This document shows positions 19,394 through 30,149 of a DNA stretch of 64,000 bases, piece after piece (the stretch's first letter is position 1; every line of letters starts with the position of its first letter). The notes beneath the pieces are model-generated. The model made no database searches. It saw only the letters and a list, made by a program, of their open reading frames with translations, and was not told the DNA's origin. The DNA comes from a virus. The position numbers and the translations under genes were made by a program. The stretch lies in IMG/VR virus record IMGVR_UViG_3300046170_000391. One strand, given 5' to 3'.

Positions 19394-20991
19394 TAGTCAA
19401 ATACCTCTTGGAGTGTAAATGATACAGTGTAAAAATTATCAATTAATCTTGATCCGTTAGAGTATGTCTGGTCAATAGACAGTGGCCCACTAAATCTTGT
19501 AATAATAGTACCAGACTCATTAATATGAGATAGATCAAAATTAAAAGACTCAAACTCCCCACTACGAGCAATGTAAAAATTTTCAATAGCAGTCTTTTCT
19601 ACTCCTGTGATTGCAGAATATTTTAGTTCATAGCTTCTTTTTGACCTTCTGGTTTTTAATCGTCTTTTTTCGTAACCAGCTTGAGACGCGAAATTAATTG
19701 TCTCAAAGGTACGAGAAGAGCCTATGCCTTTGTCAGGTTTTCTATCTGCCATTGAAGTAAATCTATCAATAGTCTCTGTAGCAGAGTCAAATACTCTAAT
19801 AGAGAGAGAGTCTGTAGCATCTATACTACCTAAAGGAGCAGCACTAATAACACTCAAAGCATTAGTAGTAGTAATAGGCTCTAATCCTGCAGATCTATAC
19901 CGAGAGTTATGAGCAAGCCTAGCAAATGAGATACTACCATTTAAAAATTCTGCGCCAGTCTTAACATTAGCTCCTATAATGGCATTTGATGTAAAACCAG
20001 TATCTACACTAAAAGCACCGTGATCGACTAACACATTATTTACATATAAACGAATATTATTATTGTTAATATCAGAACTAACCGCTACATGATAATTAGA
20101 ACCCCCATTACAGTTTCCTCCATATAATTGAATTTCTGAATTAGATGTCTTATACAAGAACCCTACATTTGAATTTGCACCTACTAATCTAAGAGCATAA
20201 AAATTATTACCATCAAGATAACTAGCAAATAAGGTCTGGTTTGCTGCCATAGACGTACCTGTATCGGGTCTAATCCACGTATCGTATGTAAAAGACTTAT
20301 CTCTTAAATCAAAATCACTACTAGCAGGTAGTACTAATCTATCCGCTGCTCCGTCAAAAGTAGCAAAGGTATCTGCACCAAAATCTGTATAAGTAATTGT
20401 ATCTATATCTTGAACAGTGTGTGAAGAAGGGCTTTCATCTGTAGTAGCGTCAAAAAAGTTTTGTAAAAGCTTAACAGAAGAGTTATCTCCTATATCGATG
20501 CCTTGATTCCCTAAAGTAGCAGAAGGATAGGTATAAGCATCCGCTTGTTGATATACTCCTGATAAGAATACTTGAAATTCACTAGTAGTTAAAACATTTG
20601 ATCCAGCAGGTAAGGCAAAAGACTCTGTTGAAGCATCCACTAAATAAGCATTTCCATCATTTACAATAGTTGTGGAGTTGCTATACTCGACTGCTAAAGT
20701 AGTGAAGGTAGAACGAGTTTGTTTTAATTTAGCAGGTATAGAAAGTGTTTGGAGGGTTAAATTCGAAGCGTTTGGGCTAGCAGCAAATGTTAGTGATGCT
20801 CCTCCATTAGATAAGGAATAAGAACTAGTTGCCTGCATAATTCCATCTATAATTGCAGCTACTTCGCCCGTAAAGCTGACAGGAGAGCTGAGGTTAAAAA
20901 CAGTTGCGGAACCAGTATTTGTATATTTAATAGTTGAGGTCACGGGAAACGCAGTTATAGATGAAGTTGCATCTGTAGGATAAGTTGCCAT
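19393..20991 (-). CDS. Distal tail protein (gpM/DUF2460-like C-terminus) with LamG/concanavalin-like insert
   Basis: SFTYDTWI…YHVAV…LYVN LamG pattern; C-terminal GYEKR…FYIARSGEFESFNF; follows the tape measure gene. Confidence 0.8.
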   Translation of the reverse strand: MATYPTDATSSITAFPVTSTIKYTNTGSATVFNLSSPVSFTGEVAAIIDGIMQATSSYSLSNGGASLTFAASPNASNLTLQTLSIPAKLKQTRSTFTTLAVEYSNSTTIVNDGNAYLVDASTESFALPAGSNVLTTSEFQVFLSGVYQQADAYTYPSATLGNQGIDIGDNSSVKLLQNFFDATTDESPSSHTVQDIDTITYTDFGADTFATFDGAADRLVLPASSDFDLRDKSFTYDTWIRPDTGTSMAANQTLFASYLDGNNFYALRLVGANSNVGFLYKTSNSEIQLYGGNCNGGSNYHVAVSSDINNNNIRLYVNNVLVDHGAFSVDTGFTSNAIIGANVKTGAEFLNGSISFARLAHNSRYRSAGLEPITTTNALSVISAAPLGSIDATDSLSIRVFDSATETIDRFTSMADRKPDKGIGSSRTFETINFASQAGYEKRRLKTRRSKRSYELKYSAITGVEKTAIENFYIARSGEFESFNFDLSHINESGTIITRFSGPLSIDQTYSNGSRLIDNFYTVSFTLQEVFD

Positions 20992-23900
20992 TAGCTTGCA
21001 CTACCTCCTCTTAGAGATTTTCTTAAAGCACCGTTGTTTCGTAAGTCACGAGTCACAATGTCGATTACATATTTATCGCCATTAAACTTAGGCTGCCCTA
21101 CTGAAACGTCTTTAGGTGCACCCTGATTGTTAATGTTAACAGATACGTTACCAGGTGTCATCTTTCCAGTTGAATTCATTGCTCCAAGTGCCTTTCCTCC
21201 AATAGCTTTAGCCATTGGTTTACGAATGACGAACTCGCCCGGCTCAAGAAGTGCAGGAATTCTGTCACGCTTCATTGCTCCTCCAGCAGCCATATGAACG
21301 AAACCTCCAGCAGCCATTTTATCATCATCATTATCCTGCAGGCCCATTGCTTGACCAATCTGACCTGTAACTCCTTGTTGACCAGTTACCTGACTTCCAA
21401 CATCCTTACCAACAACCCCTAGCGCAGTATTTATACCTGATGCGACTTTACCAAACTGACCAACAACCCCAATATTTAGCGCTAAACCTAGCAAACCCTT
21501 TGCAACTTTCGCATTTCTAGCAGAATATTGCGCGTCTTTTGCTGCTTTTGCTGCCTCTCTATCTTTCGCATCTTTTCCAATTTTATCCATTTGTGCTTGT
21601 GTCGGATCAATATCCGTTCTATCGGTGACACGACCAGTTAAGTCCGTAGGACCTTGCGCCTTCTGTCCTGTTTTTCCTGCTAAACTAGCCATTGCTGCTG
21701 CATTAACCATACCCTGCACTGCCTCTGCAGCTGATTGCTGCCCACTAGTAGCACTCGAACTTTGTCCTGCACCAAGCTGACCAAAACCAGGATTACCAGG
21801 ACCCGGTCCAGCAGTAGCACCACCACCGGCATTAGGTCCAGAATCGCTATCTCCTGCTTGGCTACTAGCACCGCCCGGATTGCCTGCCACAAAAGCAGGT
21901 AATCCTTTATACATCTCACCGCTTCCACCTAATTTTTTAAGGATTGAAGCTTCACCAGGAGTGATATAGGCCTGTATATGAGGCTGACCTTTAATCATTT
22001 CCATGCCACCACCTCTTGCCGCAGAGTTCATCTTTTGAAGCTGCTCCATACCAATACGCTTAACAGCTTCTTTACGCATCACAAACTCGCCAGGCTCTAG
22101 CATAGCATGTACTCGGTCACGTCTCATCATACCTCCACTAGCCATGTGGACTGGCCCACCTGCTGCGAATAATGAAGTAATAAAGTTCGCGGCAGGTTTA
22201 GCAATAGTGTCAGCGAACACTTGTTGTTGAATAGCTTTAAGCATGCCGCCAACCATATCCCTAAATCCTCGACCAATGGTGTCAAAGGTAAGATTACCTT
22301 CCATAAGTGCTGTATTAAAGTCCATAAATCCTTGAGTTAGGCCTCCATTTATAATTTCTAAGGATCCTTTAAGAGCTGTTTTTAAATTATCATTAGCTCC
22401 TGCGGTAACTAAAGCTAAGTTTTTAAAATCTTGACCAGCATTTTTGAGAGCTAAACTCACTGCTTCTAACTCAGCTTGTGTATTTATACCAAGAGCTTTA
22501 AGATTATTTCTAGCATCTTTTAACTTTTCTTCAGCAGCCAGAATTTCATTATTGTTTGCGCTATCTCTTCTAAAAGTTGCAAGGTCTTCTTCAGCTTTAA
22601 ATGCTGCGTTAACTTGATCTTCAAGTTTACTAAAATCTGTTTTTTGTAGCCTATCTATGAGGTTATTTAATCCTTTTGTAGCAGCGATCTGAGCATCTCC
22701 TTTTCCAAGATCTACCCTTGCAACTCTAGCAGCAGCGACATCTTGTGAAGAGCGCAATTCCCGAGCCTCGCCTCCTCTACCCGCAGCTTCTAAAGCTTTT
22801 ATTGTATTGGCAACAAACTGGTCCCCTTCTAAAACTTCTTTTCTAGCAACAACATCAGCAGCTAATACATCACGAATACCATCAATATGGTCTGAGAATG
22901 CTACAGCCTCATCTATAATACCTTTTTTACGCTCTGATAATAGTGCAATCTCATCTAATTTGAGTTGTTTTTGGGCATTGGCAGCAGTTTGTTCAAGTTT
23001 TTTTCGTTGTTCAAATTCTTTTTGAATTAGGCTTTCTCTACCACCTTCACCTAGTTGTTTTTCTAGATTTAAAATATCTGCCTTTAGTGTTTGCTTTTCA
23101 GCATCTGCTTTATCTTGTATATTTTTTAATTGTGTTGTAGTAGCAGCTTTTAATGCTTTTAAGTCTTCAGAGGCGAATTTTAATATTAAAGCTCTTTTAT
23201 CTCTATCGGTTTGAAAAGTTTGCCCCGCAAGATCGCCCTCTAGTTTTTGGTCTAATTTACGGGACTGGTCTCTTGCTTTACTGCGAACATCGGCTAGTTT
23301 CTGCTCGGCTTGTCTGAGCTTTTCTGTTCTACTAATCTGTGCTTTTGTACGGGTCGCTTGTTGCTCTGATATCTGTCTTGCACGTTTAGCTTCTTCAAGC
23401 CCTAAATTAAGTACTGCTTTTTGTGTTTGAGCGGTAAGAGTTTTAGATATTTTCTCAAGAGTATCTGCTAGTTTACGAGCTTCTTCATTAGTTTTAACGA
23501 ACACTCCTACAAGAGCTTTTTGTGCATCTCTAGCTAAAGAAGCTCTTTGAGCTCGTAAGCCTTCAAGTTTTTCTCCAGCTCGCTCTTGAGCAAGTGCTGC
23601 TTTTCCTAGTTCAAAATCTTCTTGTAAAATTTTCACCCTATTACGGGCTTTATCATTAGCGCTAATACCTAGTTCTACTCTAGTACGTTCACCATCAGCA
23701 ATGAGAGTAAATATTTCATTTAATTTTTCAGCTGCTTTTATCTCGGCTGAAAAAGTCTTTAACAGTTTATCACGTTCTTTTAGAACAGCTAGTTGAGCCT
23801 GTGCTGATTGATCTTGTAGTTTAAAGGTATCCTCAAGCACTCTAGCAGTATTCTGATCAACCAGACTTGTTGATTCTTTTAAATTTTTAATTTTAGCTAA

Positions 23901-26030
23901 TACCGCAGAACGTCTTTTCTCAATTTGTTCTGCGTTTGCTGCACCTGAATTAAGTGCTTCTTGCAGATTAACAGCTACTTCTTGGCTTGATAGTATTGCA
24001 AGCTGAGTTTGATTAAGAGCGTTTGCGGCCTTAAGTGTGTCGCCCAGCAATGTACGAGAATCAACGAATTGTGCATTTACAAACGCAAGTGTTCCGGGTA
24101 GCTTTTCAATCCCTTTAAACTGCAAGCCTTCGTCAGATGACCTTAATTGTTCAGTCACTGTTTTTAGTGTTCTACCTGTTGCTTCGGCAAACTCTGATAA
24201 ACCTTGTAAGGCTTCTGGGCCTATTCCTTGTATGTCCCCAAATACCTCTGTAAATATTGACTCAATTTTCTGTCTTGCTCCCGGAGTCATTCTTGTTTGA
24301 AGTGCTGGTGGTAAATCTTTAATTATAGCATCTGCAAACTCCTCAGCAGAGCCAGTAGCGCCTTGCTTAATTGCTGTTTCTATACCGCTTTGAAGTTGAT
24401 CTCCAGTTATACTTGATCCAAAAAAGCCTGAAGTGAGAGTAATATCACCTTGACCCGCTGAAGCTTTTGCAAGTTCTGCTGCAACTTTTGACTGTGCAAT
24501 GGCTTCTTTTTGTATACCTAGAAAAACCCTAAATTTACGAGTTAAATCCTCAATAAAAGATATAGTCGGCTCTAACCACCCAAAAGCCTCTAGAAAAATA
24601 GCACCAAAAGTAGTAAATATAGAGGCGACTGTGATAACTAAAGTTAATTTATTAAAAATACTCAGTAAACCTTTACCAAACTTAATAGCAGCCCCTGACA
24701 CAACAGCAAAAGTTCTGGCAGCTCGCTGCGCCGCAACGCTTGTTGATTTAAGCCTAGCATCAGTTGATGTTAAAACTTTATTTAGCTCATCTAGCCTTCT
24801 AGTCAACGTTGCAGTTCTGGTCTCTTTAACTTTTTGCGACATTGAACTAGCGTCAATTGAAGCTTTTTCTTTGTTAAGTAAAACAATTTCTTGAGCTATA
24901 GCAGAATTTAATCTGGTAGTCTCAGCAAATGATAGTTGTTGAGCACGCCCTTTTGCAATAAGACTTCTAAATTCTTGATCAAATGCTTGAGATACTCTAG
25001 CAGACCTAAGATTAACTTCTGATAAAGATGCTCCAAGAACCTGGTTTGCTTGTGCTGCTTTACGAGTACTACCACCTAATTTATCAACAATAGCACCTGA
25101 TACGCTCTCAAGTCTCCCTTCAAATCTTTCTAGCCCCGCTCCTAACTCTCTAAAAGTGGTTCCAAAAATTGTTTTAGCTAAGATACCAAACGCACCGATA
25201 GCCGCAATAGGGTTTGATAGTGCCTCTGCTAAGGGAGATAAAGCACGTGCGATAAATCCACCAACGTTAGTACCAATGTCTGATAGGGTGGCAGATAGTT
25301 TTTCTAACGATTCGGCAGAAGTATTAGCAGATGTATCAATATCTTTAAATTTTTCTGTACCTTCTTTTGCTACTTCATTAGCAAAAGCTTGACGACGTTC
25401 AAAATTGGATAGTGCCCCTACCGTTTTACCTAATTCTCTAGCATACGCCTCTACGGCAGGATCAAGACGTGTGAAAATACCTAATTCGTCCAAAAGTTCA
25501 GGTTCTAGCTTAGTTACACCACGAACCAGACGGTTAAACGAATCAGTTAAGTCTCGCCCTAATGCACGGGAAGCTTTAAGTGAAATTTCAGCTAGATTAT
25601 TTATCTGGTCTGCGCTAAAACCAGAAGAAAGAGCAAGGTTAGCAAGCTCTGCTGTTTGGACGATTGAAAGCTGCCCTTTAGTAATCTCTTGCAAGCCTTT
25701 GATAATTTTAGGGCCACTCTCACCAATAGCGTTAGCAAGTGCGTTAACGCCTGTGATAGTTTGTTCAGCACGAGCAGCTTGGTTCAATGCTGTAAAAGCA
25801 GCGGTAATAGCAAAAATTGTAGCGGCTGCACCAGCGTATGCTGCAACTAACCCTCCCAGTCCAGAAGCCTGGGCAGAAAATTGACGACCAGCCGATGCCG
25901 AAGCTTGCCCTAAACGAGTTTGTTGACGACCTAACCGTTCAGTGGATTTACCTACTTGATCTAACTGACCTGCGACTTGTTTGCCGCCAGACCCTTTAAG
26001 TTGGAGTTCTGCAATAGTTTTTCTTGCCAC
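20991..26030 (-). CDS. Tape measure protein (T5 pb2-like)
   Basis: 1679 aa, helical. T5-type N-terminus (FSAQASGLGGLVAAYAG…ALGRDLTDSFNRLVRGVTKLEPELLDELGI). Confidence 0.95.
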   Translation of the reverse strand: MARKTIAELQLKGSGGKQVAGQLDQVGKSTERLGRQQTRLGQASASAGRQFSAQASGLGGLVAAYAGAAATIFAITAAFTALNQAARAEQTITGVNALANAIGESGPKIIKGLQEITKGQLSIVQTAELANLALSSGFSADQINNLAEISLKASRALGRDLTDSFNRLVRGVTKLEPELLDELGIFTRLDPAVEAYARELGKTVGALSNFERRQAFANEVAKEGTEKFKDIDTSANTSAESLEKLSATLSDIGTNVGGFIARALSPLAEALSNPIAAIGAFGILAKTIFGTTFRELGAGLERFEGRLESVSGAIVDKLGGSTRKAAQANQVLGASLSEVNLRSARVSQAFDQEFRSLIAKGRAQQLSFAETTRLNSAIAQEIVLLNKEKASIDASSMSQKVKETRTATLTRRLDELNKVLTSTDARLKSTSVAAQRAARTFAVVSGAAIKFGKGLLSIFNKLTLVITVASIFTTFGAIFLEAFGWLEPTISFIEDLTRKFRVFLGIQKEAIAQSKVAAELAKASAGQGDITLTSGFFGSSITGDQLQSGIETAIKQGATGSAEEFADAIIKDLPPALQTRMTPGARQKIESIFTEVFGDIQGIGPEALQGLSEFAEATGRTLKTVTEQLRSSDEGLQFKGIEKLPGTLAFVNAQFVDSRTLLGDTLKAANALNQTQLAILSSQEVAVNLQEALNSGAANAEQIEKRRSAVLAKIKNLKESTSLVDQNTARVLEDTFKLQDQSAQAQLAVLKERDKLLKTFSAEIKAAEKLNEIFTLIADGERTRVELGISANDKARNRVKILQEDFELGKAALAQERAGEKLEGLRAQRASLARDAQKALVGVFVKTNEEARKLADTLEKISKTLTAQTQKAVLNLGLEEAKRARQISEQQATRTKAQISRTEKLRQAEQKLADVRSKARDQSRKLDQKLEGDLAGQTFQTDRDKRALILKFASEDLKALKAATTTQLKNIQDKADAEKQTLKADILNLEKQLGEGGRESLIQKEFEQRKKLEQTAANAQKQLKLDEIALLSERKKGIIDEAVAFSDHIDGIRDVLAADVVARKEVLEGDQFVANTIKALEAAGRGGEARELRSSQDVAAARVARVDLGKGDAQIAATKGLNNLIDRLQKTDFSKLEDQVNAAFKAEEDLATFRRDSANNNEILAAEEKLKDARNNLKALGINTQAELEAVSLALKNAGQDFKNLALVTAGANDNLKTALKGSLEIINGGLTQGFMDFNTALMEGNLTFDTIGRGFRDMVGGMLKAIQQQVFADTIAKPAANFITSLFAAGGPVHMASGGMMRRDRVHAMLEPGEFVMRKEAVKRIGMEQLQKMNSAARGGGMEMIKGQPHIQAYITPGEASILKKLGGSGEMYKGLPAFVAGNPGGASSQAGDSDSGPNAGGGATAGPGPGNPGFGQLGAGQSSSATSGQQSAAEAVQGMVNAAAMASLAGKTGQKAQGPTDLTGRVTDRTDIDPTQAQMDKIGKDAKDREAAKAAKDAQYSARNAKVAKGLLGLALNIGVVGQFGKVASGINTALGVVGKDVGSQVTGQQGVTGQIGQAMGLQDNDDDKMAAGGFVHMAAGGAMKRDRIPALLEPGEFVIRKPMAKAIGGKALGAMNSTGKMTPGNVSVNINNQGAPKDVSVGQPKFNGDKYVIDIVTRDLRNNGALRKSLRGGSAS

Positions 26031-26360
26031 TTATCGTCCTCGTTGCGCTTTAGATAGCGATTCTCTTTCTTTTTGCTTTTGAGAGTAGTATTTACCCATT
26101 TCACTTTCACCAACTTGGACTAAATCAAATACTTGTCTTCGTTCTTCAATCTCGTAAATACTCATAATGGCTTCTAGCCCTGCGTAGTCTTTACCCATCC
26201 AAGTACCACTCATCCCTTCCCATTTATCTGGTAAAACATTAAGTAGTAGTAAAGCTTGTTGTACTTCGACAGAAAAGGCTGCGGGATCTTTGGGAATATC
26301 ATTTTCATTAACTTCCCACCCCATCTGCTCACACATGTCTATATACTGATCTTGTGACAT
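26031..26360 (-). CDS. Tail assembly chaperone GT, C-terminal part (reached by -1 frameshift)
   Basis: YIDMCEQMGWE…LPDKWEGMSG.WMGKD. The -1 frame is open back to the slippery site at ~26399-26405. Confidence 0.85.
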   Translation of the reverse strand: MSQDQYIDMCEQMGWEVNENDIPKDPAAFSVEVQQALLLLNVLPDKWEGMSGTWMGKDYAGLEAIMSIYEIEERRQVFDLVQVGESEMGKYYSQKQKERESLSKAQRGR

Positions 26361-26395
26361 ACCTCCGCCAAAAAAGTGATTGCGCAGGTAATCAG

Positions 26396-26827
26396 TTAGT
26401 TTTTTATGTTGGTCTCTACTTTTTTCTTTGAGAACTGTTCAAAATCATTCATACAATCTGTAATGAATTGGTCAAAAATAGTTGAATTTTTCAAAAGCTC
26501 AATAGCATCATCCATACTATATTCTATTTCTTCATCAGCGTCCATTGTAGAAATGTCAACAGGTAAAAGAACCGGAAGATGTTTAGCTTTAAGACCTTTC
26601 CATCCGGCGATAGCTTTTTCCGCATACGCCTCTAAAAAACGCTCATTATCAACTTCTTCTTCTCGCTGACGTGTACGTTTGTTAAATTTAAATGTTAATG
26701 CTTGATTACGGACTTTCATTAAATCTTCTCGTGATAAAAAACGTAAATTTAGCTCAAATCCATCAATATCTGGAAATTCAACCCAAGCAGTAGTCTCCTT
26801 GGCAATTAGTTTTGAAATTTTACTCAT
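26396..26827 (-). CDS. Tail assembly chaperone G
   Basis: Sits between tail tube and tape measure genes; GWKGLK motif; ends at A AAA AAC TAA. Confidence 0.88.
   Translation of the reverse strand: MSKISKLIAKETTAWVEFPDIDGFELNLRFLSREDLMKVRNQALTFKFNKRTRQREEEVDNERFLEAYAEKAIAGWKGLKAKHLPVLLPVDISTMDADEEIEYSMDDAIELLKNSTIFDQFITDCMNDFEQFSKKKVETNIKN
26399..26405 (-). other. Programmed -1 ribosomal frameshift heptamer A AAA AAC
   Basis: XXXYYYZ heptamer just before the stop. The -1 frame reads LTDYLRNHFFGGGMSQDQY, in frame with 26031..26360. Confidence 0.85.
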
Positions 26828-26958
26828 AGTTTCCCCTCTAGGATAAACGAATGCCCACTACGGATCTGCTTTTCTAAGGTGAGGGGGGACCTTGAATCGC
26901 AAGTAGTGGGCATTCTTCTGGTTAAAAAGTTAATGTTCCCCCTCAGAAACATTAGTTA
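26828..26958 (-). promoter_or_regulatory. Two-hairpin RNA element between tail tube and chaperone genes
   Basis: UAAUGUUUC/GGAACAUUA stem and GAAUGCCCACUAC/GUAGUGGGCAUUC stem, with complementary loops. Confidence 0.7.
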
Positions 26959-28254
26959 CTAAGATTTCTTAGCAAAGATAGTTACTTCTCCACCATCACC
27001 TTTATTGGCGGTGGCTTCTTGGGCTACAAAGCTAACTGTCATTGAAATGACATCTTCAGTAGCAATTGATGGGAAATCAAACTGACATGCGTCAAGTTGA
27101 AATGCCATGTAAGGAGCAGTAGCTCCTCCAATAATCAAGTTTGCATTTGAAGTTTGAGCAGAAGAAGTACGTGAATCTTCTGAAATGTTACGTAAGAAAC
27201 CCGCAGACTCAAGATCGCCAGTACGCAAGTACATAGTAGCTGAACCTGATACCGAACGAGTACCAGTAAACTGACCAATCGGCTCGTTCAATGATGATAG
27301 TTCTTCTGGGGTTAAGTATGAAATATTGTTATTATAATCAAAGCTTAATGCTGTGACAGGGAAGACGAACTTTTCATCAGATCCTCCAGCTGTTGCTTTG
27401 TGATGGAATTCAATTGCACTCAAACGATTCTTGATGAATGAGTTAGTTCCACTAACACCAGCAACGTTCATTTGGTTAAATGGATGATAATGTGCTGCTT
27501 CGGTAGCTGCGGCACTCATTGTTTGGAAGCCTGAGTTAGCAGTAATAGTTGAACCACCGTTTTGAACCCCTCCAAACACTGCTATAGCCACGTCACGTGC
27601 ACTTCCTGTCAATTCTTTCATTGTTGTACCAAAGCCGGACCATGTTGTCGTAGCAATTTCTTCAATACCTGCATCAACCGATGCCTGATTGACAGTAGCG
27701 TTAGATACTTGATATATAACATTATCTAATTTAAAGTATAAGTGGTTCTCAACAGCAGTTGAGAAGTTTGATTTAGTAGCAGAACTACCTACGCCTTTAG
27801 CAGTAGTAGTTGTGGGAAGTTTACCACCAGTTACCCAAACGGAACGTTCGTGTAACCCATCAGCGTCTGTAGCTACTACTTTAGTATTAGATACCAGTGA
27901 TTGCCACATAAACCAATCAGCTACAGGTTTAACGTTTCCTGTCTGATTAGTTGCAGCAGTACTTGTGCCTCCAGCCGCGCCAGTTTCAACACCTGTTGGA
28001 CGAATGTATGTTTGAAAGTTCCAGTCAACAGGGTTAATAGCTGTGTTAAATCTTTGTTGCGAGCGATCAGGGTCAGTCCCTGATTCAAGGGATGTAATGT
28101 CCTGAGTCGCAGATGAGGAAGTTACTGCAAATCCAGCAAGAACTTCTAGCTTCCAAGTATTTGTTGGTCGCAAATCAACTGCAGCCGCACCGTTAATAAT
28201 ATCTTTGGTGGACATAAATACTTCTGAATTTCTCTGTAAGTTAAGAGATGCCAT
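26959..28254 (-). CDS. Major tail tube protein (T5 pb6-like)
   Basis: LQRNSEVF…NTWKLEVLAGF…FNTAINPVDWNFQTYIRP and YLTPEEL…P.G.FTGTRSVSGS.T.YL. Confidence 0.92.
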   Translation of the reverse strand: MASLNLQRNSEVFMSTKDIINGAAAVDLRPTNTWKLEVLAGFAVTSSSATQDITSLESGTDPDRSQQRFNTAINPVDWNFQTYIRPTGVETGAAGGTSTAATNQTGNVKPVADWFMWQSLVSNTKVVATDADGLHERSVWVTGGKLPTTTTAKGVGSSATKSNFSTAVENHLYFKLDNVIYQVSNATVNQASVDAGIEEIATTTWSGFGTTMKELTGSARDVAIAVFGGVQNGGSTITANSGFQTMSAAATEAAHYHPFNQMNVAGVSGTNSFIKNRLSAIEFHHKATAGGSDEKFVFPVTALSFDYNNNISYLTPEELSSLNEPIGQFTGTRSVSGSATMYLRTGDLESAGFLRNISEDSRTSSAQTSNANLIIGGATAPYMAFQLDACQFDFPSIATEDVISMTVSFVAQEATANKGDGGEVTIFAKKS

Positions 28255-28269
28255 CTTATTTTCTCCTTA

Positions 28270-28722
28270 TTAATTTTCTAGTCTATAGACTACGGTTAAT
28301 TCTACCTCTGCAAGTCCGTAAGGAGCAGCTAACCCTTCATCAATGGAAATACTATCTATAGTTATATCTAGTATACCCTTATCAGGATTATCGCCTAACG
28401 AATAGATAACATGTTCTATATCTTGAACTAAATCATCTGCAAGGCTTTGAGAATTATCTTCTCCATATACGTATGCTCTTATAGTAACGTCTAATGTTGC
28501 TACCGTCAAACTTAAAGAATTAAAATCTCGAATTTCGGTCCCAGCTGATAAATAAAGTGCGGGAAAGTCGTTTACTTCGTCTAAAAATTTTATTTTACGA
28601 TAAACGTTATCAAACAAGTTTTGAGTGTAGGTGTATGATGCACTATAATTTGAGGATGCGCCATCAATATTTTTCAAACTTGTGACTAAAAAGTCTACTA
28701 TTTCTGATCTTCTGCTTGCCAT
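28270..28722 (-). CDS. Tail terminator protein (T5 p142/lambda gpU-like)
   Basis: RRSEI…FLDEVNDFP…IRAYVYGED…DIE…DEGL..PYG; canonical position before the tail tube gene. Confidence 0.88.
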   Translation of the reverse strand: MASRRSEIVDFLVTSLKNIDGASSNYSASYTYTQNLFDNVYRKIKFLDEVNDFPALYLSAGTEIRDFNSLSLTVATLDVTIRAYVYGEDNSQSLADDLVQDIEHVIYSLGDNPDKGILDITIDSISIDEGLAAPYGLAEVELTVVYRLEN

Positions 28723-30149
28723 TATCTTCTCACTAATCTGTAGTTTTCATTGGTCTTTAAAACTTGTCGAACAGCGTCTCTTATCCCTGTCCCGATTAAT
28801 CTTTTAGGGTCTCTACCAGTAGTCTCGTGTATACGATATACAGGATCATAAGTATAAGTTATTATTTTAGCAGCTTCATTTATTTTAGTAATCTGAAAAG
28901 ATTCAGCAAACCGTCCTGTGCGATAAGTTAATATTCCTGGGACAGGAGGCTGACCTTTATCTTTTGGCATTCTACCTACAAAGGCCCTTCTAGCAATTTC
29001 TTCTAACTGAATTTCAGAAACCGCTTGTTGAACAACAGATTGTTTTTTGGCTTTAGGAGCCTGAACTGCTCCAATAATTGTTTTTGCAGTTATAGAACCG
29101 CTAGTGCTAGGTTCTAACCCTTCAAATTTAATTTCTAAGGGTTTGCCTCCAAATTGTGGATCAAATTCCTGTGCTAAAAGTAGAATCTCAGCAAATGCAT
29201 TTACGAATCCATACTTTGTTAAGGCCCCAGTTTTCTTGAGAATTTTCTGTCCAGCACCGCTTACGTAAAAACGTAATAAATTTTCAAGGAATCTATCATT
29301 TACTGCAGACAGCATTTTAGTCGTAACATTAATAGTAGAATCTTTAATAAGCTTATCCCCAGAGGGAGAAGCCCTAAGAGCTACCGAACCACCAGTCGCT
29401 CCTCCTGTATACTCAAGTCTTAGTAATTTTCTTCGTCTAGCAGCTCCCTGATTTAAATTAAATATCTTTGCAAGTCCTGGCACTGCTGTGATTTGTTGTT
29501 TACCGTCTATTTTAGCAAAAAGCAGATAATTTTGCATTTTTTGCTCAAACTGTTTGATCAGACGGGCTCTAAACTTTGCTTGTTTTGGAGACTCAAACCA
29601 GTTAAATAATACTTCTTGATCATATAAGGAAGCTTTTACTTTTTCTTGACCTTTACTGTCTGTTCTTGTTTTAACAACAGATTGACCTCTTAAACTTGCT
29701 ATCTCAGCCTCAAATCCTTTATCTGCACCTAGCTGAGTAAAAGTTGTAGACGACCCTGATCCTTGTTTTTGCTTAATTTCGATAGTTCTTCTTGAAGAAG
29801 AAGTAGCGTCATCGTCAAAAGTAAATGAAGCTGCTGTTTCTTTCCCAAAAATTCTTACTAAGTCCTCGTACTCTAATTCTACATCAGGTGCAGAATCTTT
29901 ACTGACATAACCTCGTAAATTTTTAGGCTCTCCATAGAAACCATCAAAGGCAGGTGTGCCAAAACTCCTACCCCCTGAGCCTCCAGATAAAAAATCTGAA
30001 AATAATCTCATATTGAGCATATTAGCTCTATCTTTGTTATTAGTTTTATATTTACCGGATTTAACTAGTTTTATAGCCTGTGTAAAAGCACTTTTTAATC
30101 CTTTTCCGTCAGGCACGCCATCAAAAACAAGCTTAAGATCAACTTTCAT
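28722..30149 (-). CDS. Tail completion/neck protein (T5 p143-like C-terminus)
   Basis: LTYRTGRFAES…YTY.P.Y…RDP..LI..IR motif; position in the module. Confidence 0.75.
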   Translation of the reverse strand: MKVDLKLVFDGVPDGKGLKSAFTQAIKLVKSGKYKTNNKDRANMLNMRLFSDFLSGGSGGRSFGTPAFDGFYGEPKNLRGYVSKDSAPDVELEYEDLVRIFGKETAASFTFDDDATSSSRRTIEIKQKQGSGSSTTFTQLGADKGFEAEIASLRGQSVVKTRTDSKGQEKVKASLYDQEVLFNWFESPKQAKFRARLIKQFEQKMQNYLLFAKIDGKQQITAVPGLAKIFNLNQGAARRRKLLRLEYTGGATGGSVALRASPSGDKLIKDSTINVTTKMLSAVNDRFLENLLRFYVSGAGQKILKKTGALTKYGFVNAFAEILLLAQEFDPQFGGKPLEIKFEGLEPSTSGSITAKTIIGAVQAPKAKKQSVVQQAVSEIQLEEIARRAFVGRMPKDKGQPPVPGILTYRTGRFAESFQITKINEAAKIITYTYDPVYRIHETTGRDPKRLIGTGIRDAVRQVLKTNENYRLVRR

